Shown piece by piece: positions 13,972 to 27,200 of a stretch of DNA of 64,000 nt (its first letter is position 1; each line of letters begins with the position of its first letter). Made by a program: the position numbers and the translations under genes. The notes under the pieces were generated by a model. That model was not told the DNA's origin and ran no database searches. It saw nothing but the letters and a program-made list of their open reading frames with translations. The stretch comes from Marsupella aquatica (lineage: Eukaryota > Plantae > Marchantiophyta), in the NCBI GenBank assembly GCA_973895155.1, contig OZ316891.1, positions 4,807,708-4,871,707 of the forward strand, written 5' to 3'.

Positions 13972-14941
13972 GGTGAATGGCCCATCTGTGGTGATTGAGG
14001 ACCTACTCGATCCCAAGGGTCACCTCATGAGGACCTATTTGATCCCAAGGGTCACCTCATGTGCATTTTTACTCTGGTGGGTAAATAGTGGCATTGGAGC
14101 TTGGAACGGCTTGGCCCTTTCAAGCCGGTCGGCTCACTTTGCAAGCAAGTCCAGCAGATGAGACAGGAAGACAACAGAGAAGGACACCTTAAATGTGTCA
14201 TCGATCACGATCGAAAGTTGGGAAAGTTTACGAGGAAGATGGCTAGCACTACACATGATGGCAAATATTCCACGCATTGAGGTTCTTGGATTCTTTGGAT
14301 GCTCGTGCATGTGGTGAGATCTTTGGTTTGATAAGAACGCTCCTTCATTTTGCATAGCAATTTCCTGTGATCGCAGTATTGAAATTCTTGAATACCTTGG
14401 CTGTACTTGCAAAAGCTTAAGTACTTTGTTTGGTCAGGGTATCTCCTTTACTACACTTCGGGCACCCGTCCCTGTGTCCAAAAGATGAAGCAAAGGTAGT
14501 GGTAGTCCTAGAAATATAGTGAGGTGTCCCCCAAAATGATTGACATCTGTTAGTTTCATAGCTAGTTTCATCGCGCTTCTTCTCTTGTAGTTGTTTAGCT
14601 GCATCCGCAGGTGACGGTCCTTTCTGTGGTATCCGACTGTCGAGAATGCCCAGACGGTTTGATCTAACACACATCTACTTTTCCGTTGTTCTAGTTTTTT
14701 CAGTTTCTTCCTTGATATTGATGATCATGCTTCCATTAGTTTACTGTTTGTTAGAATGGAAAGCCAAAATGGTTGGTGGAAGGAACTTAAAAACTCCTTG
14801 GGATCTTGTAACAGACTGCTCAAAAACTTACTTGTGGATCCCCTAACAGACTGCCTTGCCTTCAGAGTACGCAAATCCAGAAATTGTTGCTAAGTTTTCG
14901 ACTTGGTTCTCTGCCAATCTAGTAGTTAGGACTTCGTCACC

Positions 14942-15371
14942 ATGCCATCTTGGGAGCCACCGTACCCTACACCACACTGGCGTCTCCGGAGGTTCTTTTC
15001 TACCCCTACAAATTGGGAGCCTCCACGACCAGTCCTTGTTCACGGGCATACATATGCACTGACGGATGAGGTAAGAGCCAAATTCCCATCATCGGGACTA
15101 CATCTCATTCCAAGAGAAACACCAACGGCTCTCTTGGTACCAGAATTCACAGGCTACGAAGATCCCAGAGAGGCGGAAAAATGGATCACCGTGTTCTGCG
15201 AATGGACCATCATGTGCGGCATGTCTCAGTGCCTCTCCAAGGAGCTCCTCACCGAGTATATAAGGAGGGCTCTGCGCCACATACCTCACCACCATCTCAT
15301 GAAGAAAACTTTTGAATCATGGAAGGACCTTCTCCGAGACTTCTTTATAGATATGAATATCCGTGAATCTT
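14942..15371 (+). CDS. Exon 1 of a chimeric gene: retrotransposon Gag (capsid)-like domain
   Basis: ATG ORF containing PEFTGYEDPREAEKWITVF...ESWKDLLRDFF, which resembles the Ty3/Gypsy Gag F-x-G-x-x-D-P-x-E-A-x-x-W and W-x-x-L-x-x-x-F motifs. It ends at a strong donor T|GTAAGT (15372, phase 1). Confidence 0.6.
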
Positions 15372-15669
15372 GTAAGTATTTATTCTAGCTTCTCTCTCGG
15401 TCTCTCTCTATGTTCTGTCAAACTATGTCTTGGGTGACTCATGTGTACCATAGTTCCTAGATACAAGAGTATATAGCCTTGGCTTGTACTGTAGATGTTA
15501 TCTTCTGCATCTTCGATTATCAATATCCTTTTTGATAACGTCCTCTTGCAGTCTGACCCACGATGTTGCATGGAGCCAATTGTTTCTTGATGAGATTCAT
15601 TAATTGGCAGGAGAAGTATTCAAATGGTTACATTTAGGGCTGACTGATCTTGTGACTGTTCACTTGTAG

Positions 15670-16988
15670 TCTCAAGTTTTATGGCTTGGTACTGGTTGAA
15701 AAGAAAGGATGTTCCCATCATATGGTTCTCTCACACAGAGTTGAAGTTAGCAACAAACTACTTCGATTCCAATCTCATCGTAGGTGAGAGTGATAAGTCC
15801 AGACTCATTAAAGGGTACATGCCCAACAGAAGCCCTGTAGTGGTGAAGAGGCTCAAGAAGGGTGTTGGTACGTCCATTCAAAAAGTACTCAATGAAATCA
15901 ATGTCCATAGATACCTCACCAAATTGTACCATGGAGACGTCTGTCGTCTGCTGGGCTACTCCACCTGTCCGGAGGATCCGCTCCTCGTCTACGAATACAT
16001 GAACAATGGCAATCTGAGAGAGCACATGAACGAGAGATACGGAGACTATATCTGGCAAAACGCTCCTTGCAGGTTAGCGATACTGATTGACATTGCAAGC
16101 GGCATTGGAGAGCTTCATTACAACAGCAAAATGCCAGTCTATCACCGTGACATCCAACCATCCAACATTCTCCTAGACAACAACTATCGTGCCAAAATAT
16201 GTGATTTTGGCGACGCAGTGGTTGTTAAGAGTGAGGAAGACAGGCACAAACACCCAGTATGTGGCTCACTCGGGTACTTAGATCCAGTCTTCAGATCCAC
16301 AGGGCGGTGTGATGATAAGACGGATGTGTATAGCCTTGGAGTGATTATGCTTGAACTCGCCACAAGTTTAAAAGCATGGGATCCATTTCGGCAAACAAAG
16401 TATGGAATGAATCCTTTTCTCGTTGGGTTGATGATAGAACGGATGAAAGATGGGACTGCAGAAGAGTACTTGAGGCCAGGCAGGCCATACTACATTGGAA
16501 CGCCATACAACATGGAAGGGACTGCCATAGTGATAGAATTAGTTCGTGTGGCACTGTGGTGCTGTTGCCCAGTTCTACGACTGCGACCTCGTGCTGATCA
16601 AGTGGTGTCCGTGTTCCTTCAGATTCAATCCCGATGGGTCACCCCGGGACTGAGGGCCATTCAGCAGATCACAGAGGGAGGCATCATGCCCACCCTCTGT
16701 GGTCCTCTGGAAGCCATGCCTCTCGGTGACAAGAGACCTCCTGAGAAGGAGAGGCCTGTCTTCTTTATGAAGCTTCCCGAGTCAGCCGTAAAAATTGACC
16801 TCCCCCCTCAACCGAAAGCTCAGTCAAATTCACAAGCTCCTCAACCAAACAATCAACAACTCCCTGCTGGTAACAATCAATCTAAACCCCAAGCACCTGG
16901 AAAGAACAATCAACCAAAATCAACGCCACAAAATCAAACAAAAATGCCTGAAGGCAAACAATCCGGGAAGGAACAGCCAAAAAAGTAA
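15670..16988 (+). CDS. RLK/Pelle-family (WAK/LRK10L-like) kinase domain, atypical, with a Gln/Asn/Pro/Lys-rich tail; exon 2 of the chimera
   Basis: 435-aa ORF from 15681 with FSHTELKLATNYF, VVVKRL, LLVYEYMNNGNL, HRDIQPSNILLD, DFG, GSLGYLDP and DVYSLGV. The acceptor TTGTAG at 15664-15669 is in phase with the upstream exon. No signal peptide or transmembrane helix. Confidence 0.92.
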
Positions 16989-18349
16989 TTGCCAACTACA
17001 TACGCCAAAAATGAACCAAAAATTCAAGAAGGAAATAAAGCCGCCAAAGAGTGACCAATCCAACAGGCTAACATCCAGACCTCCTGGATATCAATCAGTA
17101 TTTGAATAAATCCTCAAGATCCCTCATTTTGTATCATTGTAACTTTGGCGTCATTCAAAGCAGATGATCATTGTAGATGTCATGGTTTGATCATTACATA
17201 TCTTTCCTTCTGATCAGAAAGTCTTTGCCATTGGCCAATCCTTTGATCATAAAGGCCTTCTCTTGGTGTGAACATGCCTTCTTAGGCTTCCAGTGGAAAT
17301 TGAAACCTGCATGGATGGCACGAAAAGATCTTTTCCATATATTAGATACGGAATTATCACTTTAGCCATCATTCCTTTCCTTTGCCTGGCATGCTGATGC
17401 CAAATCCCTTCAACTGCTTATCCAAGGGAGTAAGTTAGCCACGATCAGGAAGAGCATACCACTGAGTTGCTGTTGTTCGCGATGGTACACTGTGTAGGGA
17501 AGGATCCACAAGATGATGGTAAATAAAGGTCATTCATGATTTTGATGTAGAAGGGAAGCCCAAAGGATTTGCATCCCCATTTGCACTAATACTTGTGAAC
17601 TTGAAAGAGCTTAAGCTGGTCTCCCCAAAGTGCAGTGCTGGTTGCGCGGCTGCAATATTTCTATGACACAACTTTTGCAGCAGTAGAGCCTGAGAGTAAA
17701 CATGATTTGAATTAATATGTCCATTCATGTGTGCCTCACAAAGTGATTTATTGATGTGACGAAAGTGCTGAATATGCACTTTTGCTGCTGAGTTTGGTAA
17801 TGACTTGGCCTGGATTTAGATCCAGACTTTCCCAGATTAACATATTTGCTTCTGGCACCTGCACTCCTTATTCTCAGATTGTTATTTTTTTTGGGGGGGG
17901 GAGCTTTTTCTAGTTGGATGTTTTGGGCATTTTGTTTAAGCAAAAATAGTACTGCAAGCTCTTTCACTCCTTATTTGAGTGGAGTATTTTGTTGTTCTTT
18001 AGGCATTTTGTCATTTTCTTAGAAAAGAATAGAATCTAATCGAAATGGATAGGATGTAGGTGACCACTTCCTACACATTTTAAATAAAGAATGAGTACGT
18101 TTTGTAAAATTTGCCAAGAAGTTACTTAACCCAGAAAACTACCCATAAAACAGCAGGTGAGTGTTTCCTATTCTCCTCCACTTTTAAGCTTGTCCTGTTC
18201 TGAGCTCTGAGCTTCATTTGGGAAAGGCCATCTGGGACGCATAACACAGTTTCACCCTGGTTCTGAGCATGCTCCCACCATTTGATGTCATATCAAACAG
18301 GAACTCACCTTGAACTTGAATCTAAATGTTAACACACCCTCAACTGGAA

Positions 18350-18540
18350 AGTAACTTGCCCAGACCTTGAATCAAAATGTTCAAGAGTAACTTGCCCTGA
18401 CTTTGAATCCAAATGCTCAGAGAGTAACTCCGCTGAACTGGAATGTTCAAACAGTAACTCACTTTGTGAGTGAATCCAAATATTGTTTGGCTGCTCCTGT
18501 TGAAACAGTAACTCGCCCGGTGATTTGAATCCAAATGGTG
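18350..18540. repeat. Degenerate minisatellite, about 36-bp unit
   Basis: Recurring AGTAACT(T/C)GCCC...TGAATCCAAATG, about 5 copies. Confidence 0.7.
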
Positions 18541-21500
18541 GTTGGTCATCTTGTTCGAGATCTCACTTCAGCCTCTTTAGGACTAACTCTACTGACTAAA
18601 CAAACTAAGTGCTAAATATTGGACATGGAAATTCATTGATGAAGCAACAAAAAACATTCGAGTTACTGGATGCACATCCTGGCACCATATACTTTTCGAG
18701 AACATTGTACATTTTACTCAAAATTGCCTACTGTACATCCCTTTAGTGTATTGTGTCAGCCTTCTGTTGAAGTTAGTCCTGGAAAGTTGAGAACAAACTA
18801 CAGTAAATACAGTATGTGTTTCATATATGACGCCTTGGTAATTTTTTAGGTCGAGCACGATCTTCGCGCTTCACATCCCCAGGCAATAGGGACAGGGATT
18901 TGAGTAGAGACCTGAACGAGCGTAAAATTATGTATTCATGTCCTTGTCGAGAGAGAATAAAAAAACGTTTTAAATTACACCCATAATGAACTGTTATCTG
19001 TAGTTAGTAAGTCTTGTAGTCTATTGTTGTTGGAAGCAGACTGACGAGGAGCTGAACATGCTTTACACTGATGAAATTTATGTGGACTGAATGAAGCCTG
19101 TTGCTACCTCATGCCTAAAGATGGAGCTCGAGATGAACGAGGTAGAGGAAATCATTGAGATGCTCTGTGTGATTCAGTTGGAAACCATGAGATGCTGCGT
19201 GTGATTCAGTTGGGAACCATGTCGCTTCTAAGACAACCAAGGAGGAACCAGACAAAACATCATTGAAGATCCAGGAGGGGAATAGACCTCGAAGGAAGGC
19301 AAACCGTGATAAGGAAATCATGCGCATGAGTTTTCACAATTTGGAGGCATGATGAAAAACAATCTATAAAATGTCAGCATGACACGAGCGACCCACAGCA
19401 CAATACGGTATAGAGTACCATCATTATAGCACCTCAATTGTCTATACCGTAGACAACATGGTGAAGAATAAGTTTGCCCCACTGATTTCATTCTTCAATT
19501 GAGGTTGAGACTTTCATAAGTTATGGGAGGAGTTGCACATGTGGATCAGAGCTATTTGGACAGCATGCCAATTTCCATTGTCTATTCGCTATGAAAACTT
19601 GGGTCTCCTTTCGCTGATTCAATCCTTGGTTATTACAGCAGCAAAAATGGAGCCTCATTGGTAGCAACACAACATTAAACGTTGGGTACTGCTTTGCTCG
19701 TTGAGAGTGTGGCTATGATCTAAGCAGGGTTTGAATTTGTCTTCTGAATGGAGGTCAATCTCTTGAGAGCCAAGGTTCCAACCTTTTGTTTGGGTTCTGC
19801 AGTGGATAGACTCCACAAACCATTGAGCCCCTGTACCAGCCAGTCTTGGGGCAGCTGGTGTCCAGATTGATTTGGGCCCCATATATAACCTATACTAACG
19901 TCAGAAATACTGGGTAGCGTGCAGCCAGGCATGGGGCTAATCAATGCTAATCACATTGATTAATTAGCATAGATCTTGAGGTTAGTCCTCAATTTGAGAT
20001 GTGGGCCTGACCGCAGAACCTAGACCATATTACAATGCCACCAAACCCCAAACTCTGAGGGATTGCGAGGGAAGACATTCAGCATGGAGGTCGGGCTTTG
20101 GGTAGAGGTGGTCAAGCCTAATTTTTCTTTCTTCTCTAAGTACTTGACTGCATGCATTGTCACTCTGTAATTGTGCACATATCCAAAAGTGCATACACTT
20201 AACTCCCTGTGCCCATTAGGTAGTGTATATTGCTGATGAGTGCAAGCCGGGTGGGTAGTGCATATTGTGGAGAAGAGCAAGCTTGGGCTGTTTTCCAAGA
20301 GCGTAGAGTGAGACATGGGCAACTGTGCATGGTATTATTCTACACTAGCATATTGTTGAGAACTCTAAAATTACAATCAAAATCACTCATTAAATATGTC
20401 ATTAGACAACTTTCAAAGGACCAAGTGGTTTTCTAAACTGAAGGTCCTCTGAAAACAGCAACATTTTAGCACAGTATGTGGAGATGTACAATTATAGATG
20501 GCAAAATTTCATACCCTATTAAGGTTAAAGTAGTTTTGTCACAAGCAAAATCTGTAAATTTGGGGGCATAAAATTCTTATGAGATTTGTATTGAGGTAAC
20601 CCCTAATGAATTAGGGCCTGGGCCATTAAACAAATTATGGTCTTGGTAGTATGTCATGCACTACACCAATCCATACCATGATTTAGGGTTTAGGGTTTGA
20701 ACCCCGTTATTGTCGTTAAATAAATGAATTCCACACCCTATATTAACAGATTTTGATGTGTAATTACCTATAGGGGTATGTCAGGGGTACGTCAGTTAGC
20801 ATTATGCCACGTATGGTGCTGTTTTGACACCCCTGGAAACCAGCCATAAGCCGTACCAATTTTCGCTGGCTGGAATATTATGATCAGGTAGAGTTTACGT
20901 TAATGCGTGCTTGTCGATTCAGTTTCTTTTGTCATTATCCCTGGTGGCTTCTGTCGATTCAGCTGCTTCCAAAGTATCCGCTCATTGGTGTCAATTCACA
21001 GTGAAGTTCAATGAAATTAACGAAGCCTGAGGTGTGGAGCGCATCATTGCATTGCCGGCGAGTTTAATATACACATTTATGAACTGAGGGGTGCAGTAAT
21101 CTTGAGCGAAGTGGCGCTTTAGCTTCTACTGTAGTTATTATATCATAACGTGAAGCATCCTGTGAAATAATCTCAATTCTTGTGAGCGCATCGCATCTGG
21201 GTGTTACGGCTGCCTGGGAAGTAATATCGCAATCAGTCCCACATCCCAAGGCGAATCTCAGCAGCGTACTGTAACGATATGAGCTTTGATGTGAACTGAC
21301 TCCTCCCGAGTCCGCCCGAGTCCCCAGACTGCAGCACAGGGACAAGCCGTACTTAGCTCATCTAATACTACAGTATAATTTATTCCCAGATGAGTTCGTC
21401 TGATTTTATGTTCGCCCTCCAAGTGAATATTATCGTGGGGTGCCCGGGAATCTCAACAGACTCTAGAAGTGTGTGAGAGTAACCTCAAATTTCGGGGAGG

Positions 21501-22842
21501 ATTTGCCGTTCTCGTAATTGCAAATCAAAAGGCGGCAGCATGTGATGCCCTGTGTGTCGTGGCAGCATGCGGTGAACTGTGTTACGTGGTATGTGCAATT
21601 TGATTTGCAATTACCGAGACAGGAGGATTTGACCGTTAATCTTATTAGCCTTCTCTTGTCACTCATCCTTGCTCCGGATGTCTTCGAGGATAATATGGCG
21701 TAGAGTCGTGCGTGTCATGCAGTATCCTTTCCATTCAATTTACGTTAGTTGCCGTCGTTGCAACTGTTGAGACCCATCTCTTGGGCCTTGAAGAGCGTCA
21801 GCAATGACGGCTCTGCCCATTTCTCTCTCCTTCGACCTTGAAGACCTTCAATTAGAATTCCGAAATGATCTCCTCTACTCGGTCAAAAGAGGCGGCCCCT
21901 TCGTCTAGCCTATGGATTTAAGGTGCTTCACATACATTTCTTGTTTTAGAGCAAAGAAATTAACTTGTCTCCACCGCTCCGCTCATGTATTAGTGTGGCA
22001 AGAAGTTTTAACGAAGACAATGTAAATCGTGCAAGTGTGTTCAGTACACCAGTTTCCAATCGAGATTCATCTCTGCACCAGTAAATTTGAGGCATATGTT
22101 TTCTCTCACGTGAAAAAGCGGCAAAAAAGTAGAATGAGAGACTTGACAATTTTCCTGTCGCGAATGAAGGGCTGGTTTTCATTTGAGAGCGCACAGGTAT
22201 CGCACACGCAGACATAATCAGAGTAACCCATTTAGCTCGTAACAGAGGCAGATAGAGAGGTACAGTCATCGGAGACATTGTCTTCCAATTTCAGATAAAT
22301 GTTTACTTGACTGCAAGTTTCTCACGGAACCAATTGTTTTTAAGTGCTAGTTCCCATCCAATTTTACTCCGTGTTTAGGGAATAACAGTATCCTCGCCTG
22401 GATTGCTAGTGTTAATTAGGACGCAAAGATTCAACGAAGTATTTCAAGTCAACTCGAAGAGCAAAATCAAAGTAACTCTGAAAGATATCAGAAAGGGAGC
22501 TAATTTCAGAGATACGCTTTACTGCTTTTCCAAGAAAAGCCCTCACAAAAAAATTACACCTTCACCACTGTGTGCACTACTGTAGCGTTTTCATTGAGCA
22601 CGCGTACAATTCTAAATTGTTCTAGCAAGTATGTACATGGAGGGAGGTAGCGATCTTTACAACCTCTCTGATACCCTAAGAAGTATTCACCGTATTCACA
22701 AAATGGTGTAGCAATGCACTTCATTGACGCTTCCGATTTCCAATCTAATTCTCGGTGAAGCGTAAATTTATGCTTTCCGATCTTCACTTTCTACTAAGCT
22801 ATTTCGAGCTAAACTATATCTGCTGCAATGGAGCCAGTCAGT

Positions 22843-23965
22843 TTACCGATATCGGTAAGCGTCATATGATCTGTAGTGGTGATCGCTGTAACTGGGGTAG
22901 TCATACGAGCTCGGATAGCTATAGCTGTGTTCGTAAGATGGACTCCGGCTATAGTAGTCGTAGTCGTAGGAACTCGACGAGGGACGATAATAGTCGTAAG
23001 CTCCAGTGCTATAGCTTGCATAATCGTGGGAGCTGTCCCAAAATTGGGCGCTCTTCTTCGCTTTTCGGACCTTGCGAAGTACTTTTTCGGGATTGACATA
23101 TCCCCTCACAATCACCCTCTGTCTCGGCATGTCAACTTCGACCGAATCAACGTCTGCACTCCACAAACAAAACTGTCAGACATCTTGAGTTATCCTTCAA
23201 CTGGTCACTGAACTCATTCGAGTATGCTAAAAATGAATGTCCTGGGACGCCATGCATTGCATGCCGTGGAGAAAAATCATGCGCGATGATCAAAAGCAAC
23301 TGCGAAAGGATCATTGCTCACCGTCAACATGCTTGAGCGATTTTCTCACTTTCTGTACACACTTCTCGCAGCACATGGATACGTGCAATACAACCGCACT
23401 CTGCAAGTCACAATGAAATAGTGTCAGCTGGAGCTTCCGAGTACCATGCGAAGTTTAACAAACATTCATGAACTATGTTGGCGAAAACCGTCAAGATAAA
23501 ATGTTGTCAGAGCTTATCTTACCTGGTGAGACCTGCCGAGGGAACCGTCGTAGAATTGGGAATTGTAGACCGACCGGCTGTAACCGAGGTCGGATTCCCT
23601 GTACACACTAACGGGCTCCTCGTAGGGAAGCTGCAAGAAGCAACAACGGGAGATGTTAATCCATAATCCTGCGTTTCCAGGAAACTGAACATCCAAACAC
23701 AATAGCAGCATTCTCAAACAGACTACCGCTTTTGGGCCACAGAAAGTGCGTCTGGTAAGTCGGGAATTTCAAATGCAGCAACAGACTTCAATCAACACGA
23801 TACAAATTCTACTGCCTCTCCGAAGTAGTAAGTTAGTGCACTCAGGCCTCCATTTAGCTCAAACGCCTTCTTTACTCCTCTACTGGCCATGGACATCAAT
23901 GAGCAAACTAAATGAACACAATACAGTTGGCGAGCTGGAAATTGACATACCTCCAAGTAAGACAT
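22843..23965 (-). CDS. Heavy-metal-associated (HMA) domain protein, about 170 aa, Tyr/Ser-rich C-terminus, no CaaX
   Basis: Exons 23965-23951 (MSYLE), 23630-23523, 23400-23322 (SAVVLHVSMCCEKCVQKVRKSL) and 23153-22843 (VDSVEVDMPRQRVIVRGYVNPEKVLRKV...). All introns are GT-AG and in phase. Confidence 0.9.
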
Positions 23966-24246
23966 GTTGTGTTCTTTGTAGTCTTCTCAATACCAGGTGT
24001 CCCGGTACTCTAGACAAGTTCACAGAGCAGACTCAATGCGAAGAACGCGTTTGAAATCCGCCAATGTATCGAACACAGCTCAGATCGGCTGCTCAAGTAG
24101 TAATCAGCAACCTCGATGGCCTGGGTGCGCTGGGGAGCATGAGATGGAGAAGAACTGGCTTGAGTGGCAAACAGGTAGAGAAAGGCGAATGGATAGGCGT
24201 GCAGTGAAGTCGTGAAAAGTGATGTCTGGGAAGGTGCAGAGGCCTC

Positions 24247-24255
24247 TATATATAA
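24247..24255 (-). promoter_or_regulatory. TATA box of the minus-strand HMA gene
   Basis: TTATATATA about 285 bp upstream of the ATG, followed on the minus strand by a pyrimidine-rich leader. Confidence 0.45.
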
Positions 24256-27200
24256 TTGCAGATGGGAGACGAAAGTCCGCTGAATTGATCTTCCTCAGGG
24301 CCCACGAGAAAAGGGACCCTGGAATGCAATCTATGGCTGGTATCGATCCGAGCAATTGACCAGCAGACGGAAAAGGTTACTGGATCCCACCCTATCTCCA
24401 CTACCCAATGGAACGAGGACGTCTACCCGTTGTCTACGCGGCAGTCTAATTTTAAACTCTTCCTGCTCTACTTTCCAAATATCTATTTAATAGGCAGAAT
24501 AGTCCGGTAAACGCTCAACCCCCGGACGATGCGGGAAAAAGCATGGGGGAAGAAAAAAAAATTGCTTTGTGTTTGTGTTGATGAGACCTTTCACTGGTTC
24601 CGCGACTTTTCTGAAGGCCTGGCTAATCCAGTCAAACACATAAGCCTTTCAACTGGTGGGGTCTAAAAATTCAATCAGATCTTGAAGGAAAACGTCTTCA
24701 ACGAAAGTCATCATCCCCCATCCCAAATGTGCTAGGTGCTAGTGTGCCTCCGCAGCGGCTAGCTCCCTAGAGGATGTTCCAATTCCACTTGCCGATCTAG
24801 TTTTGATCTTTGATGTGGATCATTAGCTTTTTGTCACATTTGCTACGAATGATGTGGACCTCGGTCCGGTTGGGTTAGTTTTAGTCCCTCTTTCTTGGTT
24901 TTTAGGGGTTCCTTATTGTTCATTTCTTACTTTTAGTTTCTCTTTTTCGATATTTTGAGGTTCCTTTTTGTTCACTTCTTTTAGGTTTGGTTTTGTCCAC
25001 TTGGACCCTCTTTTGTTTGTTCTTGTGTACAGTGTTTGGTCCCTTTCTATAAAAAGTGTGTGTATATTATAAATGTGCTGGGATTTATGTAAGTTTTATT
25101 TAATTTAGGAATGCAAGTTCACCAGAAAAAGTAATAGATTGAATAGAAGCACAAAATAGCCAAACAGACACTCTCCCCAAAATGATTGCCTTGGTGACAG
25201 CAGTTTACTTCTATCATTGAAGCCCCTTCGTCGAGTAAGTTTTTCTTACTTTCATGCAACTCCACTGAATTCAGCAAGTAAATTTTCTTGAAGTATGACA
25301 GTTTCCATTCCTTCAAGAGAATGTTACAAGTTGTCCGAATTGATTGGAGTTCTGATGCGAATTCATGAAAACGCCATACACAGTTCATGACCATTTTATT
25401 TGAATCATATAAATAGCCAATTACAGGTATTCGTGCATGATGCCCTTCAAGTTTGAAATGGAATGAGATCAAATTAACGGCATTTTCTTTTGTGTCTCCA
25501 ACGACTACACGCTGATTAACTGCAAGTCTCCAGCTGGATGACTGTATGTAGTGTTTTGCGGATAAAAATTCTTAGGCCCAGCTAAACCCACACCTCTCTG
25601 ATGCGTTGTACAATTTGTACCAACCCCTCTGATCTAGACTACGTGTGTATCTGTGCACAGTAAATGATGCGCGTAGTCAGAAGCTATGGGAGCCTTTCAA
25701 GCTGTAGGATTATGTCTTGTGTAATCTACGTGTTAAACAATATTATCGAACCGTAGCCAGCTGCACGGCAGTGAGTAAACGATCCATGGGAACGTGGAAG
25801 CCTTGAAAGTGGTTACGTGTGGGAGATTGGGAATATGGGATGCATCAGCGTTTCCCACTTTCCCGCTCCCTTCCTCGTGCTGATGATATGGATGATTATT
25901 ACTTTACCATGTAAGAAGTCTACAAAGTTGTGGGAGTCCCACCAGAAGATCCAAATCCACGTACATCCAGAACTCGAGGACCCCAGAGTGCCTCCCGGGT
26001 TCTCCGCCACTTCTCAGCCTCTCAGGCCCGCTCTCAGGCTGTCCCTCATGAGCCTTTTTGCACCCCTTTTCCATCTCTACTCAATCAAGAGGGACAGATC
26101 TAAAGCCCATGTAAAAAAGCTCTACTGTATCCGACAGTAGTAGAGGGTGGACCTACAGTTATTGGGTGGAGAAAGGCGTTCCATGGCCGTTGTGGGCTTT
26201 GTGGCCCTGTCTGGCACCGAGCCAGACCGAGAAACGGCCAGCCATGCCGTTTCACAATGCACTTTCGTTTTTTTCAGTAAGTTGCAAAAAAGAAACAATC
26301 ATACAGCCAGTTGCCCAGACCGACAGACACAAGTACAGTCAAACCCAACAGGCTCCAGTAGATCCTTCACCCCTCGAATTTAGAGTCCCTGGGCCACAGC
26401 GGAGAGACACCCTGGAAAGAAAGTTTGCCAAATAAGTACAACACAACAACTCTCCCAGACCCTCAGCCAAAAGAAAGAATTCCTGGCACCTCTGTATCTC
26501 GTTAGCTGTGCATAGCATAGATGATCGACGGGAGATATGACGCGTTTTGTGTAAGATGGTTCCATCGGCCGTCAATTCTCGTCCCACTAAGGGTAGCGAG
26601 TAGCGGTGGCCTTAAATTTTGGCCCCCAAGTGGGCAGGCAGAATGATAGCTCGGAGATATTTGCCGTGCTGGTCTGTGCTGTGTCCCGAGGAGGAATGGC
26701 TGCGGAGCCAATCCCAAGTGGAGGCGTTGTAGCCGACATTCTGTCAACAGGGCTTTGTTAGCTAACGAATTATTGTGACCGCTGCATCAGTGCCTTTCCC
26801 GCGGCTACAGTCTGGACGATTGATTAATTTGTGAAACAAATTGGGACTGCAGCTTTGTTCCATTTCCGCGGCTACTGTTGGACCGGTGGGGTACCGTAGC
26901 TCTCACAAATGTTGGAGAACACCATTGTATTTGGGCGGCTGAGAAATTCTGTACAGCTACAGTTGGGACACCGCTTGAGCTGGCTCCGGATGTTTTGTTT
27001 GCTAAGAGGGGAAAATTCTTCGAATCAATGATTAAACAGCAGTGAGCCAGCCCAGTGGACGCAACGTCCAATTCAATATGTTTGTTACTCAATGGAAGTT
27101 GAAACATCAGAGCAGGTGTTCAGAAGTTGGCGTCTGGAGAGAATGTGCTGGATTCCTTAGTAGATCCTTAAACTGTTTCCACTCGGTGACTCGGTGGAGA

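Noticed and set aside
20682-20698. Telomeric TTTAGGG repeat (also about 11344)
   Set aside because: Only about two units; a telo-box or chance match, not a telomeric tract or a telomerase RNA template in context.
21236-21247. snRNA upstream sequence element (GTCCCACATC)
   Set aside because: No correctly spaced TATA box and no recognisable snRNA downstream.
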